From positions 2,336,001-2,400,000 of the forward strand of contig CBDBCY010000004.1 in assembly GCA_965203555.1 (NCBI GenBank): a stretch of DNA of 64,000 nucleotides, in the 5' to 3' direction. The DNA comes from Acidimicrobiia bacterium (GTDB taxonomy: Bacteria > Actinomycetota > Acidimicrobiia > Spongiisociales > ZC4RG35). Positions within the stretch are counted from its first letter, which is position 1. Each line of letters starts with the position of its first letter. Made by a program: the position numbers and the translations under genes. This document shows, piece after piece, positions 10,549 to 20,625 of this stretch. The notes beneath the pieces were generated by a model. It made no database searches. It was not told the origin of the DNA and worked only from the letters and a program-made list of their open reading frames with translations.

Positions 10549-11115
10549 TTGTGCGATGTGAGACGCACGGATACCAAGTCCTTTTTTCGGACCAGGGCGC
10601 GGGGGCAGTCTGCACCTACAGGAGGCGAGTCCCAGCGAGTGTGTGAACATGTGACAGAGTGGCTTGGCGCCCGAACGCCCGCTCCCACGCTGGTGTGGAT
10701 CGCCATGCCCGGCGAACTGGATCTCAGCCCGGTGGTGGAGGCCCTTCCCCAGATAGAGTGGCTAACCACCCGTACGCCGTCATCGGGGCCCTTGACCGTG
10801 CATTCCTATCACTCCCGAAACGAACTTCATCGCTTCGGGTTTCGCCAGCCCGTGGCTACATCTCCGCTGGTATCTGCAGAGGACATCGGAGTCGTGCTGG
10901 CGCCTGGCCTGGTATTCGACCGCCGGGGGGGAAGGCTCGGCTGGGGAAAGGGCTACTACGACCGCCTACTGGCCCTGCTGGCCCCCGGCGTCCCGCGAGT
11001 CGGCGTTACCCTCGAACGCCTCCTGGTCGATCTGGTTCCCCAAGAGCCCCACGACATCCCCATGACCCATCTCGTCACCGACCTGGGAGAACGACGACTC
11101 GACTCGCCCGGTTAA
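10549..11115 (+). CDS. 5-formyltetrahydrofolate cyclo-ligase (YgfA family)
   Basis: APGLVFDRRGGRLGWGKGYYDRLL and EPHDIPM motifs. Confidence 0.93.
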   Translation: MCDVRRTDTKSFFRTRARGQSAPTGGESQRVCEHVTEWLGARTPAPTLVWIAMPGELDLSPVVEALPQIEWLTTRTPSSGPLTVHSYHSRNELHRFGFRQPVATSPLVSAEDIGVVLAPGLVFDRRGGRLGWGKGYYDRLLALLAPGVPRVGVTLERLLVDLVPQEPHDIPMTHLVTDLGERRLDSPG

Positions 11116-11196
11116 AGGCGCCCCTGCTTGGAACTGTGACATTGGTGTTTTTTCCGGCCTTGCCGCGGAATGGCAAAAAAGCGGGCCGTTGCGGGG

Positions 11197-11226
11197 TTGA
11201 TTTGTGTCCCACCGATGGTTCATACT
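11197..11226 (+). promoter_or_regulatory. Sigma70-type promoter of ncRNA copy 2
   Basis: TTGATT-18 nt-CATACT with upstream A6 tract (11175-11180). Confidence 0.6.
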
Positions 11227-11232
11227 GACAGC

Positions 11233-11420
11233 AAGCAAACACCGAGACGGTCCGTCCCGGCGTCGTTCGGACCGCATCGAGGGATCACATGGTCTTATCA
11301 ATGGGAACTGTTCCGGCTCCGCCGGGCAGCCTGACCCGAGCCTGGACAGAACCCATTTGACCCGAGGAAAGGTGGAGGCGGGGGAGGGCCCGGTAACGGG
11401 AGGGTTCTCGGCTGATTTTT
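11233..11420 (+). ncRNA. 6S/Ms1-like structured RNA, paralog 2
   Basis: ~188-nt rod: CCGAGA/TCTCGG closing stem, central bubble, GGTC/GACC, ATGGG/CCCAT, CTGT/ACAG, GGCTC/GAGCC apical stem; ends in T5; follows the ygfA-family gene. Confidence 0.62.
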
Positions 11421-11515
11421 CCGTCGTTGATTATCGCCAAGTGGTAACTATATAAACGAGGACGGGGTGGTCGTCCGACTCTCGCCGTGCTGCTGAACGC
11501 TGAGGCGGTGCTGTC

Positions 11516-12577
11516 CTACACGACTCCGACGGCTTCGACGATCCAGCGGCCTATCTCGGAGGTGGAGGCGCCCATCCGGGGTCCCCCCATCGCTCCCAAT
11601 TCCGGCAGGACTCCGGCGGCCGCCTCCTCTATTTTCACAGCCGCCTCTTTCTCTCCCAGGTAATCCAGGCACATGGCGGCGGTGAGTACTGCTGCCACCG
11701 GGTTGGCCCATCCGGTGCCCACAATGTCGGGGGCGCTTCCGTGAACAGGCTCGAACAGGGAGGGAAAATCGCCGGTGGGATTGAGATTGCCGCTCGCCGC
11801 CAAGCCGATCCCGCCGGCTATGGCCGCTCCCAGATCAGTGAGGATGTCGCCGAAGATGTTGTCGGTCACCATCACGTCGAAACGCTGGGGACTTTGGATG
11901 AGGTGTATGCAGGCTGCATCGGCATGCACGTAATCCACCTCCACCTCCGGATACTCGACTGCCACCTCGTCCGTGGTCCGTTGCCACAGGTCCCCGGCGT
12001 AATTGAGTACGTTGGTCTTGTGACACATGGTCAGTCGACGGTCCCGACTCATGGCCCGCTCGAAGGCATAGCGGACTATGCGTTCGGTTCCTCTCCGGGT
12101 ATTGACCGAGTTTTGATTGGCAATCTCGTGGGCAGTTCCCTTGTGGAGGAACCCGCCGCTTCCCGAGTACAGACCCTCGGTGTTTTCTCTCATCACTTCC
12201 AAGTCGCACTGTTCCGGAGCAAGGCCGGCTATCGCGCTGGGAACCCCCGGGTAAAGCTTGACAGGCCGAAAATTCACGTAGAGATCGAAGTCGAACCGCA
12301 ACCTCAGCAACAGTCCCCTCTCCAGGATGCCGGGCGCTACCTGGGGGGTTCCCACCGCGCCCAGAAGTATCGCGTCGTGCTCGGCAAGTTCGTCCTGAAC
12401 CGAATCGGGCAACACCTCCCCGGTGCCGAGGTAACGCCGGCTGCCCAAGTCGTAGTCGGTGAGATCGATCTTGAATCCGAATCTGGCCGATGCCGCCTCC
12501 AGGGCGCTCACCGCACAGGCTGTGACCTCCGGGCCGATCCCGTCACCGGCGATCACTGCCAACCGGTAGCTATTCAT
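11516..12577 (-). CDS. leuB: 3-isopropylmalate dehydrogenase
   Basis: [38 protein letters not shown]; start re-called at ATG 12577. Confidence 0.93.
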   Translation of the reverse strand: MNSYRLAVIAGDGIGPEVTACAVSALEAASARFGFKIDLTDYDLGSRRYLGTGEVLPDSVQDELAEHDAILLGAVGTPQVAPGILERGLLLRLRFDFDLYVNFRPVKLYPGVPSAIAGLAPEQCDLEVMRENTEGLYSGSGGFLHKGTAHEIANQNSVNTRRGTERIVRYAFERAMSRDRRLTMCHKTNVLNYAGDLWQRTTDEVAVEYPEVEVDYVHADAACIHLIQSPQRFDVMVTDNIFGDILTDLGAAIAGGIGLAASGNLNPTGDFPSLFEPVHGSAPDIVGTGWANPVAAVLTAAMCLDYLGEKEAAVKIEEAAAGVLPELGAMGGPRMGASTSEIGRWIVEAVGVV

Positions 12578-12593
12578 AGTGAGACCCTCCCGG

Positions 12594-12938
12594 TTACAGC
12601 AGTTCCTCGGCGATGTCGCCGAAGATCCCTGGACGCTGTGGCGCCTCCGCCAAACCATAGACCGGTCTTTCCTGCAGGTCCCTGTGCCGGGGTATTGGCG
12701 GTTTGCTCTTTGCGGCAGGGGATTGAGGCGGAGGCTGGCGGGTGAAGTTCAGTTCGAGCCCCAATTCGTTCGCCAGCGCCAGGAGGCTTGATACTCGCAT
12801 GTCCACCGCACAGTTCTCGATGCGGGAGATCTGCGCTTGGGTAAGACCCGATCTCTGGCTCAGTTCCCGCTGGCTCAACCCCAGACCGCAGCGCGCCTCC
12901 TGCAGTATCTTTGCTATACGCGAGTTCCCTTGGCTCAT
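12594..12938 (-). CDS. XRE/HipB-like helix-turn-helix protein
   Basis: [31 protein letters not shown]_3 pattern; AT-rich upstream region. Confidence 0.85.
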   Translation of the reverse strand: MSQGNSRIAKILQEARCGLGLSQRELSQRSGLTQAQISRIENCAVDMRVSSLLALANELGLELNFTRQPPPQSPAAKSKPPIPRHRDLQERPVYGLAEAPQRPGIFGDIAEELL

Positions 12939-13046
12939 ACCAATACAAGATAGCATATACACTCGGTCCGTTCACGCTCATAACAACCCTTTGTTAACGA
13001 TACAGTTTTAGATATCGAGAGTCGACAATGGGGACGGGGGGTACCT

Positions 13047-14561
13047 TCACTTTGCACCGATGGCTCTGTTCAAGGCATCAACGAAGGCCTCTGCCGAACC
13101 CTCCACCACGTCGGTGGAGACGCCCTTTCCCGAAAAGGTGTTGTCGCCCACTCGGACCACCACATTCACCTCCGCCATGGCGTCGGCGCCGGAGGTGATC
13201 GGCACCACCCGGTAGTCGACCAGGCGGGCTTTGACGCCAAAGCACTGCCTGATTGCCGAAAAGGCCGCGTGGACCATTCCCCCGCCGTGTCCCGTGTATT
13301 CGGATAAGACCCCTGCTCGGGACAGCGTCACCACCGCGGTGGGAGTGGTGTCATGTCCGCCGGAGACATTGATTCCCACCATCTCGACTTCGGCAGCCGG
13401 CAATCCGGACGGTCCGGATGTTGCAATAGCCCGCAGCTCCTCTTCGCCGATCTCCAGTTTCCGGTCGGCCATGGCCTTGAACTTGGCGAATGCCTGGTTG
13501 AATTCGTCCTCTTCCAAAGAGATTTCCAGGTTCTTCAGAGCGTCGGCGAATCCGGCCCGGCCCGAGTGCTTGCCAAGCACGATCTGGGCGCCCCGCTGAC
13601 CGATGGCCTCGGCGCTCATGATTTCATAGGTTTCGCGGTCCCGGAGCACTCCGTGCTGGTGGATGCCGGACTCGTGGGCGAAGGCGTTGCGTCCCACCAC
13701 CGCCTTATTGAATTGCACGGGATAGCCGGTGAGTTGTGAGACCAACCGGGAAGTGTCGAAGATCTGGGTGGTGTCCGCTCCGACCTCGACACCGAACACG
13801 TCTTGGCGTGTCTTGACAGCCATGATGATCTCCTCGATAGAGGTGTTGCCTGCTCGTTCCCCTATGCCGTTTATGGCCCCTTCTATCTGTCGGGCGCCCG
13901 CCGAGATGGCGGACAGGGAATTGGCCACCGCCAGGCCCAGGTCATTGTGGCAGTGAACGGAGATGGTGACGTCCCTTCGGTCACCGCGCACCTCCGCGTA
14001 GATCCTTTTCATCAGGTCGATGAAGTCGGCCGGTGTGGCGTATCCGACGGTATCGGGGATGTTGATGGTGGTGGCGCCCGCTTCCACCGCCGCCCGGCAC
14101 ACATCAACCAGGAACCGATATTCGGAACGGGTGGCGTCCTGGGGCGAGAACTCCACGTCGTCGGTGTAACGGCGCGCCCGTCGGACCCCTTCGATCGAGG
14201 CTTGTAGCACCTCCGAGGGGGTCATGCGCAGCATCCGTTCCATGTGGATTGGAGAGGTGGACATGAAGACGTGGATCCGGGCGCGGTCGGCATGTCGCAG
14301 TGCATCCCAGGCTTGGTCGATGTCACCGGGATGAGCGCGGGCCAGGCTGGCGATTACCGGCCCCTTCACTTCGGTGGCGATTCTGGACACCGCCTGGAAA
14401 TCGCCTGACGATGACGCGGCGAACCCGGCCTCCAGGACATCCACTTGCAGGCGGGCCAGTTGATGGGCGATGGTGACTTTTTCGTCGGGAGTCAGTGCGA
14501 TTCCGGGGGCTTGTTCCCCGTCACGCAGGGTCGTGTCGAAGATGATCAATCGGTCGGACAT
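13047..14561 (-). CDS. leuA: 2-isopropylmalate synthase
   Basis: FDTTLRDGEQAPG, HCHNDLG, GIGERAGN, HESGIHQHG, C-terminal regulatory domain. Confidence 0.97.
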   Translation of the reverse strand: MSDRLIIFDTTLRDGEQAPGIALTPDEKVTIAHQLARLQVDVLEAGFAASSSGDFQAVSRIATEVKGPVIASLARAHPGDIDQAWDALRHADRARIHVFMSTSPIHMERMLRMTPSEVLQASIEGVRRARRYTDDVEFSPQDATRSEYRFLVDVCRAAVEAGATTINIPDTVGYATPADFIDLMKRIYAEVRGDRRDVTISVHCHNDLGLAVANSLSAISAGARQIEGAINGIGERAGNTSIEEIIMAVKTRQDVFGVEVGADTTQIFDTSRLVSQLTGYPVQFNKAVVGRNAFAHESGIHQHGVLRDRETYEIMSAEAIGQRGAQIVLGKHSGRAGFADALKNLEISLEEDEFNQAFAKFKAMADRKLEIGEEELRAIATSGPSGLPAAEVEMVGINVSGGHDTTPTAVVTLSRAGVLSEYTGHGGGMVHAAFSAIRQCFGVKARLVDYRVVPITSGADAMAEVNVVVRVGDNTFSGKGVSTDVVEGSAEAFVDALNRAIGAK

Positions 14562-14612
14562 GTCTTCGGGGCTCCTGGTTGTCTAGTGGCGTGCTGAGCT
14601 AAGTGGTGTGAA

Positions 14613-14642
14613 GGCCGGGCCGGCGGGAACCGCCGCCCGGCC
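14613..14642. other. Strong GC hairpin between ilvC and leuA
   Basis: GGCCGGGC-GGCGG-TTC-CCGCC-G-GCCCGGCC on the minus strand; no U-tract, so possibly a stability or pause element. Confidence 0.4.
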
Positions 14643-14693
14643 GGGTCAGCGCCAGACAACCGCGGCGTCGAACCGTCGAAGAGCAAACGTGAA

Positions 14694-15698
14694 TCATCCC
14701 GGTGTCTTGGGATCCAGGAAGGGCATCATCTGCCTCAGTTCCCGTCCGATCTGCTCGATAGGATGAGACTGGTTGGCGGCCCGCTGCTCCAACAGGAAGG
14801 GTGCTCCTTCCCGGGCTTGGGCCATCCACTCCCGGGCGAAAGCGCCGGATTGGATCTCGGCCAGAACCCGCTTCATTTCGGCGCGGCTCTCGTCGGTGAT
14901 GATCCGAGCGCCCCGGGTGTAGTCGCCGTATTCGGCGGTGTCGGAGATCGAATAGCGCATCCAGGAGAGTCCTCCCTCATACAGGAGGTCCACGATGAGC
15001 TTCAGTTCGTGAAGAGTCTCGAAGTAAGCCGACTCGGGTTCGTAGCCGGCTTCCACCAGGGTTTCATAAGAGGCCTTGATCAACTGCGACACGCCGCCGC
15101 ACAGGATTACCTGCTCCCCGAACAGATCGGTCTCGGTTTCCTCCCGGAAAGTCGTTTGCAGCACGCCCGCCCTGGCCCCTCCGATTCCCCACGAGTAGGA
15201 CATTCCCAGATCGAAAGCCCCGCCGGTGGCGTCCTGGTGGATAGCCAGCAGACAGGGAACCCCCGATCCTTCGGTATAGGTGCGACGCACCAGGTGACCC
15301 GGCCCCTTGGGCGCCACCATCAGCACGTCCAGTTCCTCCGATGGCACGATCTCTCCGAAGTGGATGTTGAAACCGTGGGCGAACAGCAAAGCATTTCCAG
15401 GCGCCATCCGTTCGGCGATCCGCTGGTTGTAGAAGTCGGCCATCAGTTGGTCGGGGACCAGCATGGTCACCACGTCGGCCCACTCGGCGGCATCGGGAGG
15501 ATCCATGACCTCCAACCCGTCCGACCGCGCCTGCGCTCTCCGGGCCGAACCGGGTCGAAGCCCCACCACCACGTCGACTCCCGACTCCGAAAGATTGAGG
15601 GCATGGGCATGGCCCTGGCTGCCGTAACCGATCACGGCCACCTTGCGCCCCTTGATTACCCCCGGATCTGCATCCTTGTCATAGAAGATCTCAGCCAT
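14694..15698 (-). CDS. ilvC: Ketol-acid reductoisomerase
   Basis: [44 protein letters not shown]. Confidence 0.97.
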   Translation of the reverse strand: MAEIFYDKDADPGVIKGRKVAVIGYGSQGHAHALNLSESGVDVVVGLRPGSARRAQARSDGLEVMDPPDAAEWADVVTMLVPDQLMADFYNQRIAERMAPGNALLFAHGFNIHFGEIVPSEELDVLMVAPKGPGHLVRRTYTEGSGVPCLLAIHQDATGGAFDLGMSYSWGIGGARAGVLQTTFREETETDLFGEQVILCGGVSQLIKASYETLVEAGYEPESAYFETLHELKLIVDLLYEGGLSWMRYSISDTAEYGDYTRGARIITDESRAEMKRVLAEIQSGAFAREWMAQAREGAPFLLEQRAANQSHPIEQIGRELRQMMPFLDPKTPG

Positions 15699-15713
15699 TT
15701 AGCTTCTCACCGC

Positions 15714-16238
15714 CTATCCGACCGCCCTCATGCGGGAGGGCTTGCTCTTGGCGGCCCGCCCGATGGCAATCCGCCCCGACTTGACCAACTCCACCACCCC
15801 GAAAGGCCGCAGGAGTTCTATCAGATCATTCAGTTTGGCTGGTCGGCCGGTCACCTCGAAGGTGAGGGTGTTGAAGCCCACATCAACCACGTTCGCTTTG
15901 AAGATGTTGGCCACCTCGATGGCTTCGGTCCGGGCGACGCCGATGGCCGAGACGCGGATCAGCATGGTCTCACGCTCCACCGCGGCGGAGGGCTCGAGTT
16001 CGAAGATCTTGACCACGTTGATCAGCTTGTGGAGTTGCTTCTTGACCTGTTCGATCTTTTCGGATTCCACCACCACGGTGATCCGGGAAAGGCCACGGTC
16101 AATGGTCGGACCCACTGCCAGGGAGTGGATGTTGAATCCCCTGCGGGCCAGAGTGGAAGAAACCCTGGCCAGCACGCCCGGGCGGTTTTCAACGACCAGG
16201 CTCAGAGTGTGTCGGGGTACGGGTGACTCTCTGGGCAT
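15714..16238 (-). CDS. ilvN: Acetolactate synthase small subunit
   Basis: HTLSLVVENRPGVLARVS ACT domain, KQLHKLINV; start re-called at ATG 16238. Confidence 0.95.
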   Translation of the reverse strand: MPRESPVPRHTLSLVVENRPGVLARVSSTLARRGFNIHSLAVGPTIDRGLSRITVVVESEKIEQVKKQLHKLINVVKIFELEPSAAVERETMLIRVSAIGVARTEAIEVANIFKANVVDVGFNTLTFEVTGRPAKLNDLIELLRPFGVVELVKSGRIAIGRAAKSKPSRMRAVG

Positions 16239-16240
16239 GG

Positions 16241-17944
16241 TCAATCTCCGGAATCCGGACCCAGGATCACCTGGTCGTTGGAGCCGCCGGCCGGAACCAT
16301 CGGGAAAACCATCTCCTCGCGGTCGACCACCATTTCCACCACCACCGGGCGGTCGTCGATCGACAACGACTTCTCCAAAGTGGGTTCCACCTCTTCGGGC
16401 GCCTCCGCCCGCAGTCCTATGCAGCCCATTCCCTCTGCCAACTTCACGTAGTCCACTACATCGGAGTTCAGCAGGCTGGAAGAGAGGCGACTTCCGTAAA
16501 AGAGTTTCTGCCACTGCTTCACCATTCCGTGGGCGTCGTTGTTAAAGACGACCACCTTGACGGGAATCCGGTAGGCGGCGGCGACTATCAGTTCCTGGAA
16601 GGTCATCTGGAAGCAACCGTCGCCGTCCACGGCGTAAACCAGCTCGTTCGGCATTCCGGCTTTGGCGCCGATTGCCGCCGGAACCGCAAATCCCATGGTC
16701 CCCAGGCCGCCCGAGTTGATCCAGCGTCGCGGCTGGTCGAACTTCCAGAACTGGGAGGCCCACATCTGGTGCTGTCCGACGCCCGCCACCAGGATGGCGT
16801 CTCCACCGGTGAGTCTTGCCAGTTCCTCGATTATGAACTGGGGCTTGATCGGGCCATCCGGCTGCTGGTCGTAAAACAGGGGGTATTTGTCCTGCCAACC
16901 GCGGAGGGTATCGATCCACTCCTGGTTGGCGAGGGGCGGTCGGTCACCCCAGGCCTTGATGAACTGGTTCAGAACCCGCTGGGCGTCCGCCACGATGGGA
17001 ACGTCAGGCTGCCGAACCTTTCCTATCTCCGCCGGGTCTATGTCAGCGTGGATGACTTTGGCGTCCACTGCGAAGTGCTGGGGGTCACCGGTGACCCGGT
17101 CGTCGAATCGCACTCCCACCGCCACCAGGATGTCGCATTTTTGCATGGAGGTTATGGCGGTGTAGTTGCCGTGCATTCCCGGCATCCCCAGGCAGAGCGG
17201 GTGGTCGTCAGATATGGCGCCCCTTCCCATCAGCGTGGTCACCACCGGTATGTTGGCCATCTCCGCGAAGCGGGTGAGGGCTTCCGACGCTTCGGCCTTG
17301 ATGATTCCTCCCCCCACGTAGAGCACCGGCCGTTCACTGCGGGCCAGCAGCTCAACAGCCTCTTTGACTCTTCGGGGGTGACCGTCCATGGTGGGTTTGT
17401 AACCGGGGAGATCCAGGTCTTCCGGTGGGCGCCACTCGGTTTCCTGGTTGAGCACGTCCTTGGGCAGATCGATCAATACCGGTCCGGGTCGACCGGATGA
17501 GGCCAGATGGAAGGCTTGGTGGACCACGGTCGGGATGTCGTCGGGATCGGTAACGAAGTAGTTGTGCTTGGTGGCGGGCATGGTGATCCCGACGGTGTAC
17601 GCCTCTTGGAAGGCGTCATTGCCCACCGCGTGAGTGGGCACCTGTCCGGTGATGGCCACCATGGGAACCGAGTCCATCAGCGCATCCGCCAGGGGCGTCA
17701 CCAGGTTGGTGGCGCCCGGACCCGAAGTGGCCATGCACACCCCCACCCGACCGGTGGCCCATGCGTACCCGGCCGCCATGTGACCGGCGCCCTGCTCGTG
17801 GCGGGCCATGACGTGGCGGATAGGGCTGAAATAGAGAGGGTCGTAGGCGGGAAGGATGGCGCCGCCCGGAATACCGAATATCAGGTCGACACCCTCGTGC
17901 TCCAGCGAGGAGATTATTGATTGCGCTCCGGTTGTTTTCGTCAT
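16241..17944 (-). CDS. ilvB: Acetolactate synthase large subunit
   Basis: [44 protein letters not shown] motif; start at ATG 17944. Confidence 0.97.
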   Translation of the reverse strand: MTKTTGAQSIISSLEHEGVDLIFGIPGGAILPAYDPLYFSPIRHVMARHEQGAGHMAAGYAWATGRVGVCMATSGPGATNLVTPLADALMDSVPMVAITGQVPTHAVGNDAFQEAYTVGITMPATKHNYFVTDPDDIPTVVHQAFHLASSGRPGPVLIDLPKDVLNQETEWRPPEDLDLPGYKPTMDGHPRRVKEAVELLARSERPVLYVGGGIIKAEASEALTRFAEMANIPVVTTLMGRGAISDDHPLCLGMPGMHGNYTAITSMQKCDILVAVGVRFDDRVTGDPQHFAVDAKVIHADIDPAEIGKVRQPDVPIVADAQRVLNQFIKAWGDRPPLANQEWIDTLRGWQDKYPLFYDQQPDGPIKPQFIIEELARLTGGDAILVAGVGQHQMWASQFWKFDQPRRWINSGGLGTMGFAVPAAIGAKAGMPNELVYAVDGDGCFQMTFQELIVAAAYRIPVKVVVFNNDAHGMVKQWQKLFYGSRLSSSLLNSDVVDYVKLAEGMGCIGLRAEAPEEVEPTLEKSLSIDDRPVVVEMVVDREEMVFPMVPAGGSNDQVILGPDSGD

Positions 17945-17969
17945 GGTGGTCGGCTTTCGTGAGGCTACC

Positions 17970-17998
17970 AAAAAGAAATCCCTCCTTGTGGAGGGATT
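17970..17998 (-). terminator. Attenuator terminator upstream of ilvB
   Basis: AATCCCTCC-ACAA-GGAGGGATT followed by TCTTTTT on the minus strand. Confidence 0.85.
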
Positions 17999-18023
17999 CA
18001 GCGCACACGGGTTTGCGTGTGCG

Positions 18024-18059
18024 CTACTCGAGTACCAGCAACAGGCCCATATGTCTCAT
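18024..18059 (-). CDS. ilvB operon leader peptide MRHMGLLLVLE
   Basis: 11-aa ORF with a run of 4 Leu and 1 Val, followed by hairpin AGCGCACACG/CGTGTGCGCT and the terminator. Confidence 0.8.
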   Translation of the reverse strand: MRHMGLLLVLE

Positions 18060-18068
18060 TGATTGCAC

Positions 18069-18097
18069 ATTATGGTATGTCTTGGGCAAACTCGCAA
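18069..18097 (-). promoter_or_regulatory. ilv operon promoter
   Basis: TTGCGA-17 nt-CATAAT, 9 nt before the leader ATG. Confidence 0.7.
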
Positions 18098-18161
18098 CTC
18101 AGAGAGCAAAAGTCCCGGGGTTTCATTTATCTTTAAAGGGATATGACGCGGGCGTTGTTCC

Positions 18162-19436
18162 ATGAAGTACGGACCTGAAGACTTTCAGGCAGCCTCGGAG
18201 TGGGCGCTGTTGGCCGTGAAAGCCATGTCTGCAGAGCAGGTACCTCACAACCTGCGAAAGATACGCGCCTCTTCGAACCGTCGGTTGACGCCAGTGCAAA
18301 CGCGAACTCTCTACCGTGAACTGAACAAGAACGAGCAACTTCGCCAAAGCACCCTGGAAGTCTTGGAGACGTCGGCTGGAGAAGCTGGGCCGCTGTCTAC
18401 AGATCACGACCCGCGTCTGACGGCGTCACGCCTTTTTCTGGCCCGCCCGGACGGATGGGAAAGAGATGTCGGGCGCCTTGTGACCGAGGCCAAGCTGGAA
18501 GATACCGGTGAGGAGGCGAGGATCCTGCGGCGCCGACTCGATGAGGCGCGGTTGGAGATAGACAAACTCAAGAAACAGGCGAAGAAGTCGCAGCGGGCGT
18601 CCTCCGCTCGACTCCGGCGCGATACTCGACAACTCCGCCGCGATCTGGAGCGTTCCAAGAGAAGGAGTCGAGATTTGGAGAGCGAGCTTTCCAAACAGCG
18701 GCAGGCGAATCGTGACCTCGACAAGGAGTTGGAGGCAGCCTTCGACGAACTGGATTTGGCCGATGCGCGGGTGAAGGAATTGCGCAGGTTGGTGGGAAAG
18801 GAGCGGTCCTCCCATTCATCCTCGCCGAGCACCGGCCATGATGGGCGGGTAGACGGGCTGAGCCGCAATCCCCTGGAAACTGCTCGGATGCTGGATCAGA
18901 TGGTGAGCTTTTGGGAAATGGGACAGGGCTTCGACTCCCATCCGGTCGCCTCGTCTCCCCGATTGGAGGTTCCGGCGGGGATCGATCCCAAGTCGGGCGA
19001 TGCGGTGCGATGGGTTTACGACCACGCTCCCCGGCTCACCCTGGTGGTGGACGGGTGGAATGCCGCCTATCACTGGCAATATCACCAGAACCCTTCCAAA
19101 GATCCCGACCAGAGAACTATCGAGTTTCTTACCAACAGGCTGGACAGGCTGGCCAGATACTCGGTGGGAAAACACCGGGTGAGCTTCTATCTGGATTCGG
19201 AACACGCCAAGGGATGGAACGCTGAAGGTGACAACCGATTCAAGAACGGCTCCCTTACCGGTCGCTACGTGGAGGATGCCGACAACGCCATCGTTGCCGA
19301 GGCTGCTCAGCGAGCCGACCAGCCGGTGGTGGTGATCACCAATGACCAGGAACTGACCGATCGCTGCCGGGCGCACGGGGCGGTGGTGCTGGATTCGAAG
19401 GCTTTGGCGGAGTGGATGGCGTACTCATCGGTCTGA
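18162..19436 (+). CDS. Coiled-coil plus NYN (YacP/Rae1-like PIN-fold) domain protein
   Basis: Long charged coiled coil; LVVDGWN, YLDS, DADNAI, VITNDQEL acidic NYN motifs. Confidence 0.8.
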   Translation: MKYGPEDFQAASEWALLAVKAMSAEQVPHNLRKIRASSNRRLTPVQTRTLYRELNKNEQLRQSTLEVLETSAGEAGPLSTDHDPRLTASRLFLARPDGWERDVGRLVTEAKLEDTGEEARILRRRLDEARLEIDKLKKQAKKSQRASSARLRRDTRQLRRDLERSKRRSRDLESELSKQRQANRDLDKELEAAFDELDLADARVKELRRLVGKERSSHSSSPSTGHDGRVDGLSRNPLETARMLDQMVSFWEMGQGFDSHPVASSPRLEVPAGIDPKSGDAVRWVYDHAPRLTLVVDGWNAAYHWQYHQNPSKDPDQRTIEFLTNRLDRLARYSVGKHRVSFYLDSEHAKGWNAEGDNRFKNGSLTGRYVEDADNAIVAEAAQRADQPVVVITNDQELTDRCRAHGAVVLDSKALAEWMAYSSV

Positions 19437-20527
19437 GCCACCGGCTTCTGGCCCGGGGCCTCGAATACGGTCTGGACCGGGTGGGAGTCTGTTCGGCGGA
19501 CCCCTTTGCCGATACCCGGTTGGTGATCCGCTCTCGAAAGACCGAGGGTCTGTCGGCCCGGCTGGGATTCACCTTCACCGATCCGGACGTGTCCACCGAT
19601 ATAAGACGGTCTTTTCCCTGGGCCGAGCGTCTGGTGGTGGGGATACGTGCCTACCTACCGGCCGCCGGCGATCCCGGTGAAGGCTCGGCGGGGCGGGGTC
19701 GGGTGGCCCGCTTTGCGGTGGCCGACTCCTATCTGCCTCTTCGAGCCGGTCTGGGCGCCGTTGCTTCGGAGTTGCGCAACTCCGGTTTCCGGGCGGAAGT
19801 GCTGGCGGACGACTCAAGGCTGGTGGACCGAGCAGCGGCGGTGCGAGCCGGGGTGGGGTGGTGGGGAAAGAGCACCATGGTGCTGGCCCCGGGCGCGGGA
19901 CCCTGGTTTCTCATCGGATCCGTGGTGACCGACGCCCGCCTGCCGACCTCGCAGCCGATGGAACGAACCTGCGGAACCTGTACCGCCTGTCTGCCGGCCT
20001 GTCCCACCGGGGCTCTGATTGCGCCGGGGGTGCTGGACGCCCGGTTGTGCCTGGCGGCGCTGGCGCAGAGCCCGGGAGTCATTCCCCGAGACCTGCGGCC
20101 CTTCATGGAGGATCGAATCTACGGATGCGACGAATGCCTGGCCGCCTGCCCTCCGGGTGGTCGGTTGATGGACAGGGCTGTTGCATCCCGCGGATCGGTC
20201 GATCTGGTGGAACTTCTGCGCAGAGCCGACCGGGAACTCCTGGATGAATTCACTCACTTCTATATGCCCTCTCGCCGTCCTCGCGTCCTGCGGCGCAATG
20301 CGCTGGTGGCGCTGGGAAACACCGGAACCGCCGATCACCTGGGAATAGTGGGCGGCTATTTGGGTCATCCCGATTGGCTGTTGCGGCTTCACGCGGTGTG
20401 GGCGGTACACAATCTGGGTGTAAGGTTTTCTCTTCGTTGGGCGGCTCTGTTCCTGCGTCACGCCGCCTCCCGGGAGAAGTCACCGGAGGTGAGGGAGGAA
20501 TTGGCCCTGGCCGGGGTGGATGTGTGA
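19412..20527 (+). CDS. queG: tRNA epoxyqueuosine reductase
   Basis: AGVGWWGKS, CGTCTACLPACPTGA, DARLC, IYGCDECLAACP, RRNALVALGN. Confidence 0.93.
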   Translation: MDGVLIGLSHRLLARGLEYGLDRVGVCSADPFADTRLVIRSRKTEGLSARLGFTFTDPDVSTDIRRSFPWAERLVVGIRAYLPAAGDPGEGSAGRGRVARFAVADSYLPLRAGLGAVASELRNSGFRAEVLADDSRLVDRAAAVRAGVGWWGKSTMVLAPGAGPWFLIGSVVTDARLPTSQPMERTCGTCTACLPACPTGALIAPGVLDARLCLAALAQSPGVIPRDLRPFMEDRIYGCDECLAACPPGGRLMDRAVASRGSVDLVELLRRADRELLDEFTHFYMPSRRPRVLRRNALVALGNTGTADHLGIVGGYLGHPDWLLRLHAVWAVHNLGVRFSLRWAALFLRHAASREKSPEVREELALAGVDV

Positions 20528-20625
20528 AAACAACAGGGGAACCCTACGCCCAGTTGGGCTACGGCGTTTTTGGCTAAAGCAACGAGGAGGGGAAGTTGGT
20601 AACCAGGGTTCGCTAGTTTTCCTTC

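Noticed and set aside
11294-11345. SAM-I riboswitch (CTTATCA start)
   Set aside because: Lacks the downstream GAGGGA..GGCCC and GCAACC core in the right order and has no downstream co-oriented gene
11289-11360. 23-aa ORF MVLSMGTVPAPPGSLTRAWTEPI after GAGGGA
   Set aside because: The paralogous copy at ~6125 has no start codon there, and the ORF lies in the paired apical stem; an RNA explains it better
14565-14697. Leucine leader peptide for leuA
   Set aside because: The short ORFs there have no Leu run; only a GC hairpin is evident
14763-17500. Long plus-strand ORFs (487, 271 and 425 aa)
   Set aside because: Antisense shadows of ilvC, ilvN and ilvB, typical of high-GC codon bias; no motifs
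18162-19436. NYN nuclease as a defence effector
   Set aside because: Coiled-coil NYN proteins are common in Actinobacteria and this one sits among housekeeping genes, overlapping queG
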